A DNA stretch of 50,821 nucleotides from an uncultured Nitrospinaceae bacterium (GCA_964195835.1 CAXMTB010000004.1:1-50821); one strand, 5' to 3'; counted from the stretch's first letter, positions 1-8,117 are shown. Numbers and translations are program-made. The notes: generated by a model from the letters alone, not told the origin.

Positions 1-1369
1 CGGCCAGCTCCACGCCGCCCTCGCCGCCATAGCGCCAGTAGTTGCCCTCCGCGGCCCGGACCCCTTCGGCTTCTGCAGCCTGTTTGACCATCTTGACCTC
101 TTCATCGGTGTCGGTGGGGAAGCGGTTGATGGAAATCACCGGTTTGATCCCGGACTTCTTGACGATATTGATATTGTGGATCATATTCTGCATGCCGTCT
201 TCCAGCCAGGCCATGGTCTGGGGGGTGGAGGTGTAGTATTCCTCGGGGACGGGGCGGCCCGGCGGGACGGGCAGGGCTCCGGCGTTGACCCCGTGGTGCT
301 TCAGGGCCCGGATGCTGGTGGTGAGCACCGCCACGTTGGGTGTGAGCCCGCTCTCCCGGCACTTGATGTTCCAGAACTTCTCGAAGCCCAAGTCGCAGCC
401 GAAGCCGGACTCGGTGACGTGGTAGTCGAAGAGCTTCAAGCCGATCTGGTCGGCGACGATGGTGGACTGGGCCACGGCGATGTTGCCGAAGGGCCCGGCG
501 TGCACGAAGACCGGCTGTAATTCCACGGTGGCGCACAGGGTGGGGTTGATGGAGGGCAGCATCCAGGCGGTCATGGCTCCGGCGCACTCCAGGTCCTCGG
601 TGGTGACGGGGTTGCCCTTCTTGTCGTAGGCCACGGTGATCTCGCCCAATCTTTTGCGCAAATCCGGCAGGTCGCTGAACATGGAGAGGATGGCCATCAC
701 TTCCGAGGCCACCGCGATACAGAAGCTGGAGTCCATCTGGAAGCCGTCCATCTTGCTGCCCCGGCCGATGGTGATGTGGCGCAACGCCTGGGCGCACAGG
801 TCAAAGCACCATTTCATCTCCACATTTTTTGGGTCGATGTTCAGCCGTTTTATGCCGATCTTGGCCAGTCGCTCGTCGTCGTAGTTGAACTCGTGCTGCA
901 GCCGGGAGGTGAGCGCCACCATGGCCAAGTTGTTGGCGATCATGATATTGTTGATGTCCCCGGTGAGGCCCAGGGAAAAATCGGCCATGGGAATCAATAG
1001 TGCGATGCCGCTGCCGGCGGCGGTGCCCTTGATGTTCATGGTGGGGCCGCCGGAAGGCTGGCGGATGGCGCCGCCGACGTTCACGCCCCGCTTGGCCAGG
1101 CCTTCAATCAGGCCCATGCTGGTCACGGTCTTACCTTCCCCTAGGGGGGTGGGGGTGATGGCGGTGATATCGATGTAATAGCCGTCCTTCTCGTCCTTCA
1201 GGCGCTCCAGGACCTTCATGTATTCCACCCGGCCGATTTTCCGGCCCATCGGGATGCGCTCTTCGGGCAAGATGCCGATCTTGTCGCACTGCAGGTTAAA
1301 ATCCAGTTCCTCTTCGGCGAGCTCTCCAATCTGCCAGTCTTCCTGTTTGGTGGGGTCATATTTTGCCAT
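1..1369 (-). CDS. fhs: Formate--tetrahydrofolate ligase (FTHFS) homolog, divergent and very GC-rich; 3' end cut by the window edge
   Basis: Absent from the ORF track because it runs off the edge. Hand translation from the ATG at 1369-1367 gives MAKYDPTKQEDW...ITAITPTPLGEGKTVTSMGL...FVHAGPFGNIAVAQS...TESGFGCDLGFEKF...SIRALKHHG...INRFPTDTDEE...WRYGGEGGVELA, with no in-frame stop down to nt 1. GGAGGA RBS (revcomp of 1378-1383). Confidence 0.9.
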   Translation of the reverse strand, partial: MAKYDPTKQEDWQIGELAEEELDFNLQCDKIGILPEERIPMGRKIGRVEYMKVLERLKDEKDGYYIDITAITPTPLGEGKTVTSMGLIEGLAKRGVNVGGAIRQPSGGPTMNIKGTAAGSGIALLIPMADFSLGLTGDINNIMIANNLAMVALTSRLQHEFNYDDERLAKIGIKRLNIDPKNVEMKWCFDLCAQALRHITIGRGSKMDGFQMDSSFCIAVASEVMAILSMFSDLPDLRKRLGEITVAYDKKGNPVTTEDLECAGAMTAWMLPSINPTLCATVELQPVFVHAGPFGNIAVAQSTIVADQIGLKLFDYHVTESGFGCDLGFEKFWNIKCRESGLTPNVAVLTTSIRALKHHGVNAGALPVPPGRPVPEEYYTSTPQTMAWLEDGMQNMIHNINIVKKSGIKPVISINRFPTDTDEEVKMVKQAAEAEGVRAAEGNYWRYGGEGGVELA

Positions 1370-1454
1370 AATACTATTCCTCCTTTATTAAAGTTAACAG
1401 ATACGGGAACCTGCTGTCAGATTTTTACGTCCGATTCCCATTACTTAATTTCAC

Positions 1455-1469
1455 AGGGTTTTAAACCCT
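1455..1469. promoter_or_regulatory. Perfect 7-1-7 palindrome AGGGTTT-T-AAACCCT in the fhs 5' region; possible operator
   Basis: Read directly from the sequence. It lies ~90 nt upstream of the fhs start codon. No T-run follows, so it is not a canonical terminator. Confidence 0.25.
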
Positions 1470-1487
1470 ATACAGCTCATCTGAGAA

Positions 1488-1664
1488 TCAAGTAAAAAAC
1501 AAAGAAACTTTGTCGTAGTCAATCTTAGCGATATACCTGCCGTGGAGCTCGAGCTCCTCATCCAACAGCCCTGCTTTCTTGGCCACATCAGTTATGGGTA
1601 GCATTTCCGCTTCTTGGGCGATTTCAATATCCGATGGCACTGGTGATCTAATTTGTACTGGCAT
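1488..1664 (-). pseudogene. Remnant of a second formate-THF ligase: N-terminal 58 codons only, low GC
   Basis: Hand translation gives MPVQIRSPVPSDIEIAQEAEMLPITDVAKKAGLLDEELELHGRYIAKIDYDKVSLFFT*. This matches the canonical FTHFS N-terminus (xPSDIEIAQ...ELYGKYKAKI) but stops before the PTPxGEGKT P-loop. AGGAGG-like RBS at 1671-1675. Confidence 0.7.
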
Positions 1665-2720
1665 ATCAAACCTCCTTTTTTATATTTGTTTATAATTTCA
1701 ATGCTCTTAGCCTCCGCCATTCCTCAAAGAATGATAACAGGCGCTGGCCCTTATTCTAGATAGAGATTAAAGGAGATAATTGATAAAAAGTCGCTTTATG
1801 AAAGCGGATGAAGTGAAAGGATCGAATTGTGTACCGCTTTCAACCTAACCGCAAAATATGGAGCCTTACCGTAACCCGTCAAGATTTCTAGATGATAAGT
1901 GAGATTGAACAACAGGAATATCAGCGCTGGAGAAAAATAACCCGATAATTACAGGAACAGGTATTTTAAAGGAAGGTAGCTGGGTAAAGAGCAGGAATAT
2001 CTATGAGTTACAGGCTTAGTTTTCAGGACAGATGGATTTTTCGCTATGGTATTTTATCCTCCCAACAGTAAGGATTATCCTCCTGTTAGGGAGCAAGGCA
2101 TGCACATTTTGAGGTGTTTCTCCATAAGGTAACCTCTTGAGTGAGAATTTGAGAATTGCGGGAAACTCTTATTGGGAAAAACCTGAACTATATAAATCTA
2201 TTTTCTTTTGTTACCTTTGTCAATAAGGCGAATGGTTCATTTACATAGGGAAAAACCCCAGAGGATGAGACTTTTTTCCTTGCGAAAGTGCTATGCCTGA
2301 CTATATCCTCTGTGGAGTAAAAAAGATGAAACGTATCATTATATTCGGAAGGAAATGTATCTCTATATTGCTGATGTGTTAGATAGGGAATATGGAATGT
2401 GATTTGCTCATTATTTGATTAACTCCATATGTAGTGATGGGCTATTTAGTTGGAAATGTGTGATACCGTGCCTAAATCACAAATCTCTGAAAATTAAATA
2501 TTCTAACCGAAATCGTAACCTCGATTATTTCCATTTATATAGAAAAAATCTCTAGAGAACAAGTCAGGTTTTGAAATAGCTATTCCGGTTCAGAAGCTTT
2601 ACACAATTTATTTAAAAGTCGAACCCTAATGCCAGATACCTTGCAAATATCTATTTTCACTTATAAAGAGATACGATAATGATATCTCATGAATTATTCC
2701 CCTCTCAATTCCTGACATCT

Positions 2721-2832
2721 CTTGCCATATATACACCATTCACAACAACAATTGATATACAGGTATCATACTTTGCTGGTATCAGGTCAAGTAAATCCTG
2801 TTTTTACCATTTGTCAAATCATCTTTGTCCAT
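2721..2832. repeat. Direct repeat copy 1 (pairs with 5977-6066)
   Basis: Shares cttgcca..acaccattcacaacaacaattgatatacagRtatcata...gtcaagta..ttgtcaaatcatctYYgtcca with copy 2. The core of ~30 nt is identical. Copy 1 carries a ~17 nt insertion. Confidence 0.85.
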
Positions 2833-2848
2833 TTATAAATTTGAAGCA

Positions 2849-3598
2849 TTAAGATTCTGGTTGGTCGAGTATTTGCCTAACAACCTTTTTCATATTAATA
2901 AAATGAGTTCCTTTCCAATAAATTTTATCGCAGGACTGGTATTGAACATATTCATTGCAGAACTCTTTTGTCTTTGGAGGAATTCTATCTAAGATTTTTT
3001 CCTTTAGTACGATATTTAATAGGGTGTTGCAACGAAGACATCTTGAAAAAGGCTTTATGTTATCTTTAATATCCAGGTAATCTATGATTCGTCTTATCTG
3101 TTCTGTGGTTGTACCAGGGCGTATAAAAATTCCATGGCTTACATCTTTGAATTTAAGGAGCTTTCTGCTCTTGGTTAGTATTACTCTGTTTTCTCTTTTG
3201 GATGTTTTAATTATTTCACGAGTGGAAAGTAAGGGTTCGTAATATAAATCAAGTCCCAGGACTCTCATATATTTAACTATATCCCCAAGGTTGATATCAG
3301 CTATAAATTTGTTCCTGCGAAGCGGGATTTTTCTAAGCTGGGTAACATTTGTAATATTGAGGGATTCAAAAACAGGATATACGCTTACTCGGTCTTCATC
3401 TTGGAGAATGTAATTAAAATCTACTGAATTTCCATTCACCAAAATAAGGTCGATTTCTGTATGAGGAACTCCGAGTGCTTCTATCATATCTTTTATTGAC
3501 CTTTTCCCTTTAAACGTTTCTTCAAAATCAGTTTTTCTTCTGTGCTTTGGAAGAAAGTCATTTAATTCCTCATAAAAGCGGAATGTTCCTTTTGGCAT
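2849..3598 (-). CDS. Mut7-C RNase domain protein (PIN-like, DUF82) with an N-terminal Mut7-C ubiquitin-like domain
   Basis: 249 aa ORF. The N-terminus (FRFYEELNDFLP...HTEIDLILVNG..V) is typical of the Mut7-C ubiquitin domain. The C-terminus has the CxxC...C zinc ribbon (FSRCLRCNTLL...QSCDKIYWKGTH) typical of Mut7-C RNases. Confidence 0.75.
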   Translation of the reverse strand: MPKGTFRFYEELNDFLPKHRRKTDFEETFKGKRSIKDMIEALGVPHTEIDLILVNGNSVDFNYILQDEDRVSVYPVFESLNITNVTQLRKIPLRRNKFIADINLGDIVKYMRVLGLDLYYEPLLSTREIIKTSKRENRVILTKSRKLLKFKDVSHGIFIRPGTTTEQIRRIIDYLDIKDNIKPFSRCLRCNTLLNIVLKEKILDRIPPKTKEFCNEYVQYQSCDKIYWKGTHFINMKKVVRQILDQPES

Positions 3599-4030
3599 CG
3601 CTTAAGTTTTCCATCTATGTTTTTATTGATGTTCTGGTTATGTCAGGATTTCAATGACTTAATATGTTCAGGAGCAGGTATCAACAGGTGGAGGTAATGG
3701 CGCAGTTGAGCGGAATTGACAGGCACAGCAAGTGCGGACAGGTTTGCAGTTTATGTGCCTGCTGATTTCCGTCTCCAACTGACTCTGTTATGCAAAAAAG
3801 CAATTATTTTTCCTCTCGGCAAGCTAATAAATAACGGTAGCCATATTCTATTTATAGTACAGGTCTCGGATTGAAGATTTCAAATCGAAATCGATAAAAT
3901 TATAGGGCTCTCAGTATTACGTATAGAAGGCAGAAATGGCAAATTTCTGAGGTAATTGTGTGACTACTATATTTAAAGTAATCCCATGCTTGCTGTCCAA
4001 GTCGTTCAGAAGGGGATATATTGATAATAG

Positions 4031-5209
4031 TCAAAGGGCTCTCTCGGCAGCCTCTTCTTTTGTTTTGCAATCAATGCAATGCATCGTAACAGGTCTCGCT
4101 TTGAGACGAGCAAAGGAAATATCTTCACCGCACTTTTCACAAACTCCAAAAGTATTATTTTCAATACGGTCAAGAGACTTTCTAATCTTCTTGATAAGTT
4201 TGTTTTCTCTATCCCTTATTGAATAGTCGGAATTTTCTTTCCAGTCGTCTTTTAAGAATGGGACAAATTTACTTATAATTCCAATTGCTCTAAACTTTTT
4301 TCCTCCTGCACTATCATCTTCAACTTCTAAAACAAGGCCCCCGCTATTTCCGAAAACTACAGGACAATCCAATATAATAGTCTTGTAAATTTCATTCTTA
4401 CCAGCAACCACACCCTTCCTTAGCAATGGTCTTTTAATATCAATTTCAGGACTAATTGAAAGCGATGTTGGATATCCAAATATGTATACTTCGTTTCCCA
4501 CAAGAACATCTTCGAATTTCTTTGTCGATGGCTCACTTAGTTGAACACTTGACCTTGGACCACTTATTTTCTTGACAGCCTTTTTATAATATCTAATTTG
4601 GTATCCACCATCCTTGTTTTTACTTACCTTTCCAAGTTCTACCGCAGCAATGTCACGAAATTTATTGTATAATATCAAATTCGCTTTATTCAGTGCTTCA
4701 AAATCTACACTTAGCTCGCTCGCCGCCTTTTCGTTTAAATCGGGTGCGTAGGATATTAGTATTGCCTTTTTGCTTTTAAGTTTTAGCATCTGCGAAAGAA
4801 TATAAAGTTCAGTAATTTTATTTATAAACGATGTGTTATCCGGAACGAGGCTTGTTATTTCATCTTTCTCATTCTGACTCATCGTTCCAAAAAAGGACAA
4901 ATGTTTTAATTTCTTATCAAATGATAATTTCCGTAGAAGGTGTGCAGGTGGACGCAAATTTTTTGGCAAATCGGATAAACTAACATAAGTATTTTCAAAT
5001 AAGACATGCCTTGCAGTAACCAGATAGTATTTACCGGCATGTCTGTAAAAGACGCCACTTCCTGTAGCATGTTTAGTCATTATTAGCACGGGATAAGCCA
5101 AATTATTATCAGGTATCGCCCTGCGGCCTAAAGCTTTTCCTGAAAAAACCAAGATAGCGAATATCGAGGCGATCATAATAAGTTTTGGCCTTGAGCATGT
5201 GAGGTTCAT
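4031..5209 (-). CDS. Trypsin-like serine protease (Trypsin_2 type) with an N-terminal hydrophobic anchor or signal and a C-terminal DksA/TraR C4 zinc finger
   Basis: Catalytic motifs TARHV (His), RDIAAVEL (Asp) and VFGNSGGLV (Ser). The C-terminus LDRIENNTFGVCEKCGEDISFARLKARPVTMHCIDCKTKEE fits zf-DksA/TraR. I prefer the start at the ATG at 5209 (MNLTCSRPKLIMIASIFAILVF), which is preceded by GGAGGGAGG. The ORF track extends to 5272. Confidence 0.75.
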   Translation of the reverse strand: MNLTCSRPKLIMIASIFAILVFSGKALGRRAIPDNNLAYPVLIMTKHATGSGVFYRHAGKYYLVTARHVLFENTYVSLSDLPKNLRPPAHLLRKLSFDKKLKHLSFFGTMSQNEKDEITSLVPDNTSFINKITELYILSQMLKLKSKKAILISYAPDLNEKAASELSVDFEALNKANLILYNKFRDIAAVELGKVSKNKDGGYQIRYYKKAVKKISGPRSSVQLSEPSTKKFEDVLVGNEVYIFGYPTSLSISPEIDIKRPLLRKGVVAGKNEIYKTIILDCPVVFGNSGGLVLEVEDDSAGGKKFRAIGIISKFVPFLKDDWKENSDYSIRDRENKLIKKIRKSLDRIENNTFGVCEKCGEDISFARLKARPVTMHCIDCKTKEEAAERAL

Positions 5210-5429
5210 CAGCCTCCCTCCTTTTGGTATTCGGGTAAAGATTGAACTCAAGATACCTTGCCATAAGTACAACCTGAAACCGAGTCTCGTTCAATACATA
5301 TATCGTGTTTCTTACAAAATTGCAAAAAAGGCAAACCCGGTGAAAAGGATTTGCCCTTATTGAAAAATGATACCCCCATTTTCATATCAAATAGTCATGC
5401 GGCATGCACAAATTCTGGTGAATCACTTT

Positions 5430-5642
5430 TTATTCTAATGGTGCTTTGCCCGAATCGACATGGGCTTTTAATTCTTTAAGGATCATTTTTAATTCTTTTT
5501 GACGATTAGCCCTTATCTCTGACCAAATCTCTTGACAGGACTTGCATTCAGATGCGTCCACCATATAGTTGTCATATCGATAAAGGCTTTTTGATATTAT
5601 TGTAATAGTTTCCATGAGATTGTAATTGATATTTTTCAGCAT
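5430..5642 (-). CDS. Small hypothetical protein (~70 aa, predicted helical, CxxC)
   Basis: ORF 5430-5672. The internal start MLKNINYNLMETI is preceded by AAGGGGGTGG. I recognise no family. Confidence 0.5.
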   Translation of the reverse strand: MLKNINYNLMETITIISKSLYRYDNYMVDASECKSCQEIWSEIRANRQKELKMILKELKAHVDSGKAPLE

Positions 5643-5976
5643 TGGTTCCACCCCCTTTCTCCTGCCAGGCACACCGCATAACTATAATTTATATAAATAA
5701 AGATCTGTTAATAATAATCCCCTTCTGGACCAGGTGGAATAGAGGATAATCAATAGAAGACCAAGGTTAAAGCATGAAGTGCGAATCGAGAGTAAGGTCA
5801 GTAGAATAAGAATTGTTAAACAATGGAAACCAAATCGAGGTGGAGGGCAGGTTTCAAGAAAAAACATAATGTTAAATCCTTAATAATGTCAAGAAAATTA
5901 AATATATTTACCACTTTGTGGTGTCGATTGGTGGGATGAATCGATTGAAATAAGGGGTGGGCGTGATTAAAGATAT

Positions 5977-6066
5977 CTTGCCAGTATCAACACCATTCAC
6001 AACAACAATTGATATACAGATATCATATAGTTCTGGCGTCAAGTATTGTCAAATCATCTCCGTCCA
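5977..6066. repeat. Direct repeat copy 2 (pairs with 2721-2832); contains TGATAT-acag-ATATCA inverted core
   Basis: See copy 1. It lies ~200 nt downstream of the integrase stop codon. Confidence 0.85.
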
Positions 6067-6260
6067 CAAACACTCTATGAGCCGCTGTAAGGCCGTATAC
6101 GGGGCGATCTCTGTTTAGTCCAACCCAAGCATGGGCATATATGGCCCGTAGCTGCAACCTACATAAACCATTGGGAAAATAACCACTGAAAAAGCTCCAT
6201 CAGTGTATTTTGAAATTTCCTATCCCTTAAATCGTCTCTCAGATGTGGCGTGTAAATTTA

Positions 6261-7493
6261 TTACCCCTCAACAGCTTCTGGCTGAGTCTGTTTTTCTTTT
6301 TCTTTGTTTGAGGCTTTCATACTGTCTTCAAGTTTCTTAACAGCATCTTTAAGGTTCTTACTGGCCAAATGGCTATATCTCTCAGTCATTGCCATGGTTG
6401 AGTAGCCCAAGAGTTCCTTGACAGTGTAGAGGCTTTCTCCACTTTGGACAAGCCAAGAGGCAAACGTATGACGGAGTGTATGGAAATACGCCTTCTGACG
6501 TGGGTCGTCAATGCCATTATTGAAGCCAAGATCTTTTACAGCTCTCCCGAATGCATTTGAAACTTCTTTGATCATACCACCTTTTCTATTCTTAAATATA
6601 AGACTTGTTGGTGCGGCTTTCTCCTTAGATGAAAATATTTCACGTACTTTCTCTGTCATATGAGCAGTTCTATTTAGACCACCCTTAGAATCCATTACTC
6701 TTATTGTGCCTTCATCGCAGTCTATACAGCTCCAAGTTAGCTTGAATATTTCTCCAGCCCTCAGGCCGCAATGAAGGGAGATACAGGCAATTTCGTAGAG
6801 TTGTTGGCTTCGAACTATAAGGTCTTCCAGTAACAGTTGGGCTTCCTCTTGTTTCAGGAATCGTTCCCTTTTATTATCCACCTTCGGTCTGGTGACCTTT
6901 TTTGTAGGTGACTCACCAGCAAATATCTCGTTCTTAATAGCATGATTGAACACTTGCCTGACTACCGCAAAGGCATACTGGATAGATCGAGCAGACCTTC
7001 CTGCATCTGCCAAATTTTTCTTGATCCGTTCAAGGTGGAAGGGACGAATATCCTTAAAAGGCATCTTGCCGATCACAGGTTCTATCCAAAGCCTATGTAA
7101 GCTGTCTTCCCTTTGGTATGACCTCCAACCTTTATTGACCTTGGCTTCAGGAAAATACCGCTCTCTGAAATAATCTGAAAAGGATAGGGTTTCGTTTTCA
7201 ATTCGTTTTTTTTCCAATCGTTCCTGCTCTCGTCTTTCATTCTCAAAAGCACGTTGCTCAGCTAAGGTCTGAGGCCCTTCACCAGTCAGATGAGCTTTTC
7301 TAAGGTCTGCAAGAACAAGGGAAGCCTTTTTTGCATTCCAGCCCTCACTTGACCATCCTATTACCTCTTCCTTTAGTTTTCCGTTTAACCGATACCGAAT
7401 ATAAAAATGGCGGTCAGGCTTACCATTGACCTTACGTTTTTTTTCCTTGTACCTTACTCCGGGAAACTGAGTTGGATACTTTTTCGATGACAT
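6261..7493 (-). CDS. Tyrosine-type site-specific integrase (phage/ICE integrase family)
   Basis: C-terminal catalytic signature LHCGLRAGEI...HTLRHTFASWLVQSG...LLGYSTMAMTERYSHL (R..HxxR..Y). I prefer the start MSSKKYPTQFPGVRY at 7493, which has an AGGAGG RBS. The ORF track extends to 7586. Confidence 0.9.
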   Translation of the reverse strand: MSSKKYPTQFPGVRYKEKKRKVNGKPDRHFYIRYRLNGKLKEEVIGWSSEGWNAKKASLVLADLRKAHLTGEGPQTLAEQRAFENERREQERLEKKRIENETLSFSDYFRERYFPEAKVNKGWRSYQREDSLHRLWIEPVIGKMPFKDIRPFHLERIKKNLADAGRSARSIQYAFAVVRQVFNHAIKNEIFAGESPTKKVTRPKVDNKRERFLKQEEAQLLLEDLIVRSQQLYEIACISLHCGLRAGEIFKLTWSCIDCDEGTIRVMDSKGGLNRTAHMTEKVREIFSSKEKAAPTSLIFKNRKGGMIKEVSNAFGRAVKDLGFNNGIDDPRQKAYFHTLRHTFASWLVQSGESLYTVKELLGYSTMAMTERYSHLASKNLKDAVKKLEDSMKASNKEKEKQTQPEAVEG

Positions 7494-7627
7494 AAAACCT
7501 CCTATAGCCCCACAATAGCCCCACATTTTACGGGTTTTCAGGGGAAGTCTTAGGAAACTTATTGCATATAACCTATTGAATGTCAATGCAAATATGATTT
7601 AAGGGAAATGTAGGGAAACTATATTGA

Positions 7628-7677
<50 letters not shown>

Positions 7678-7686
7678 AAAAATATG

Positions 7687-7724
7687 CAGGTGAGGGTTAT
7701 GCACAAACCTCAACCTGTATTTTT
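7687..7724 (+). terminator. Hairpin plus T-run immediately after the tRNA fragment
   Basis: CAGGTGAGGGTT..AACCTCAACCTG imperfect stem followed by TATTTTT. Confidence 0.45.
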
Positions 7725-7838
7725 CGTTGCTTCCCATAAGCCCCCTCCTCACTTTCTCCCTGTGGGTTATCTATGGCAGGGGCCAAGGACATCCTTTTCA
7801 GCCGTGCGCACCTGTCCATAGGGTTATTTATGAACTTC

Positions 7839-7866
7839 TTGACATACCATTATGTGGTATTATTAT
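7839..7866 (+). promoter_or_regulatory. Sigma70-like promoter, TTGACA-16 nt-TATTAT
   Basis: The -35 TTGACA is at 7839-7844 and the -10 TATTAT at 7861-7866. Both were read directly from the sequence. Confidence 0.5.
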
Positions 7867-7872
7867 TTTAAA

Positions 7873-7945
7873 TGTTAGGCTTAAAATACCCTATAGTAGC
7901 CTGACCTCCTCTAGCCCCTGGTAACCGCATCCAGGGGCTTTTTTG
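7873..7945 (+). ncRNA. Candidate ~70 nt small RNA between a consensus promoter and an intrinsic terminator
   Basis: Bounded by the promoter above and the terminator AGCCCCTGG-taaccgcat-CCAGGGGCT-TTTTTT (7913-7945). An internal AGGCT/AGCCT hairpin is followed by a single-stranded CCUCCUC stretch. No credible ORF is present. Confidence 0.35.
7913..7945 (+). terminator. Rho-independent terminator
   Basis: Perfect 9 bp GC-rich stem, 9 nt loop, T6 tail. Confidence 0.7.
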
Positions 7946-7982
7946 CTGTAATCATAAAATCGTGTAACAATTTTATGAAACT

Positions 7983-8117
7983 CCCGCAGGTAAACCCTCC
8001 AGAGGCGGATAAACCTGCGGGATCTTATAAGCGAAAGTCTTGTCCGCCACTGGCGGGTTTATTCGCCTTCGGCGGGATAAAATTCCTATCCCCTAGCCCC
8101 GATAGGCGGGATTTCCT
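7983..8117. repeat. Cluster of REP-like GC-rich hairpins built on GGCGG(G)ATAAA / CTTGTCCGCC motifs
   Basis: Hairpins read here: CCCGCAGGT..ACCTGCGGG, CCGCC-actg-GCGG, CGCC-ttcg-GGCG, ccccgataggcggg. Homologous motifs recur at 21397-21470, 17401-17420 and 28293-28316. Confidence 0.6.

Noticed and set aside
42-1178. Several ORFs of 60-230 codons on both strands (42-236, 102-797, 176-520, 636-884, 776-1000, 885-1178).
   Set aside because: They lie in alternative frames of the GC-rich fhs gene. High GC suppresses stop codons, and their products are Arg/Pro/Gly/His-rich low-complexity sequences. The fhs frame gives unmistakable FTHFS motifs throughout.
1370-1487. Looked for a ZTP (pfl) or THF riboswitch in the fhs leader, since these commonly precede fhs and folD.
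   Set aside because: I could not see the conserved ZTP elements (GGGTCG...CCGGGCGG / CCGCCTGGGC-like pseudoknot halves) or THF-like core motifs. Only a 7-1-7 palindrome is evident. An Infernal scan would be needed for a definitive answer.
5682-5867. 61-codon hydrophobic ORF between the small cargo gene and direct repeat copy 2.
   Set aside because: It has no RBS and a Leu-rich, AT-driven composition, and I recognise no homology pattern. It is probably spurious, though a small membrane peptide cannot be formally excluded.
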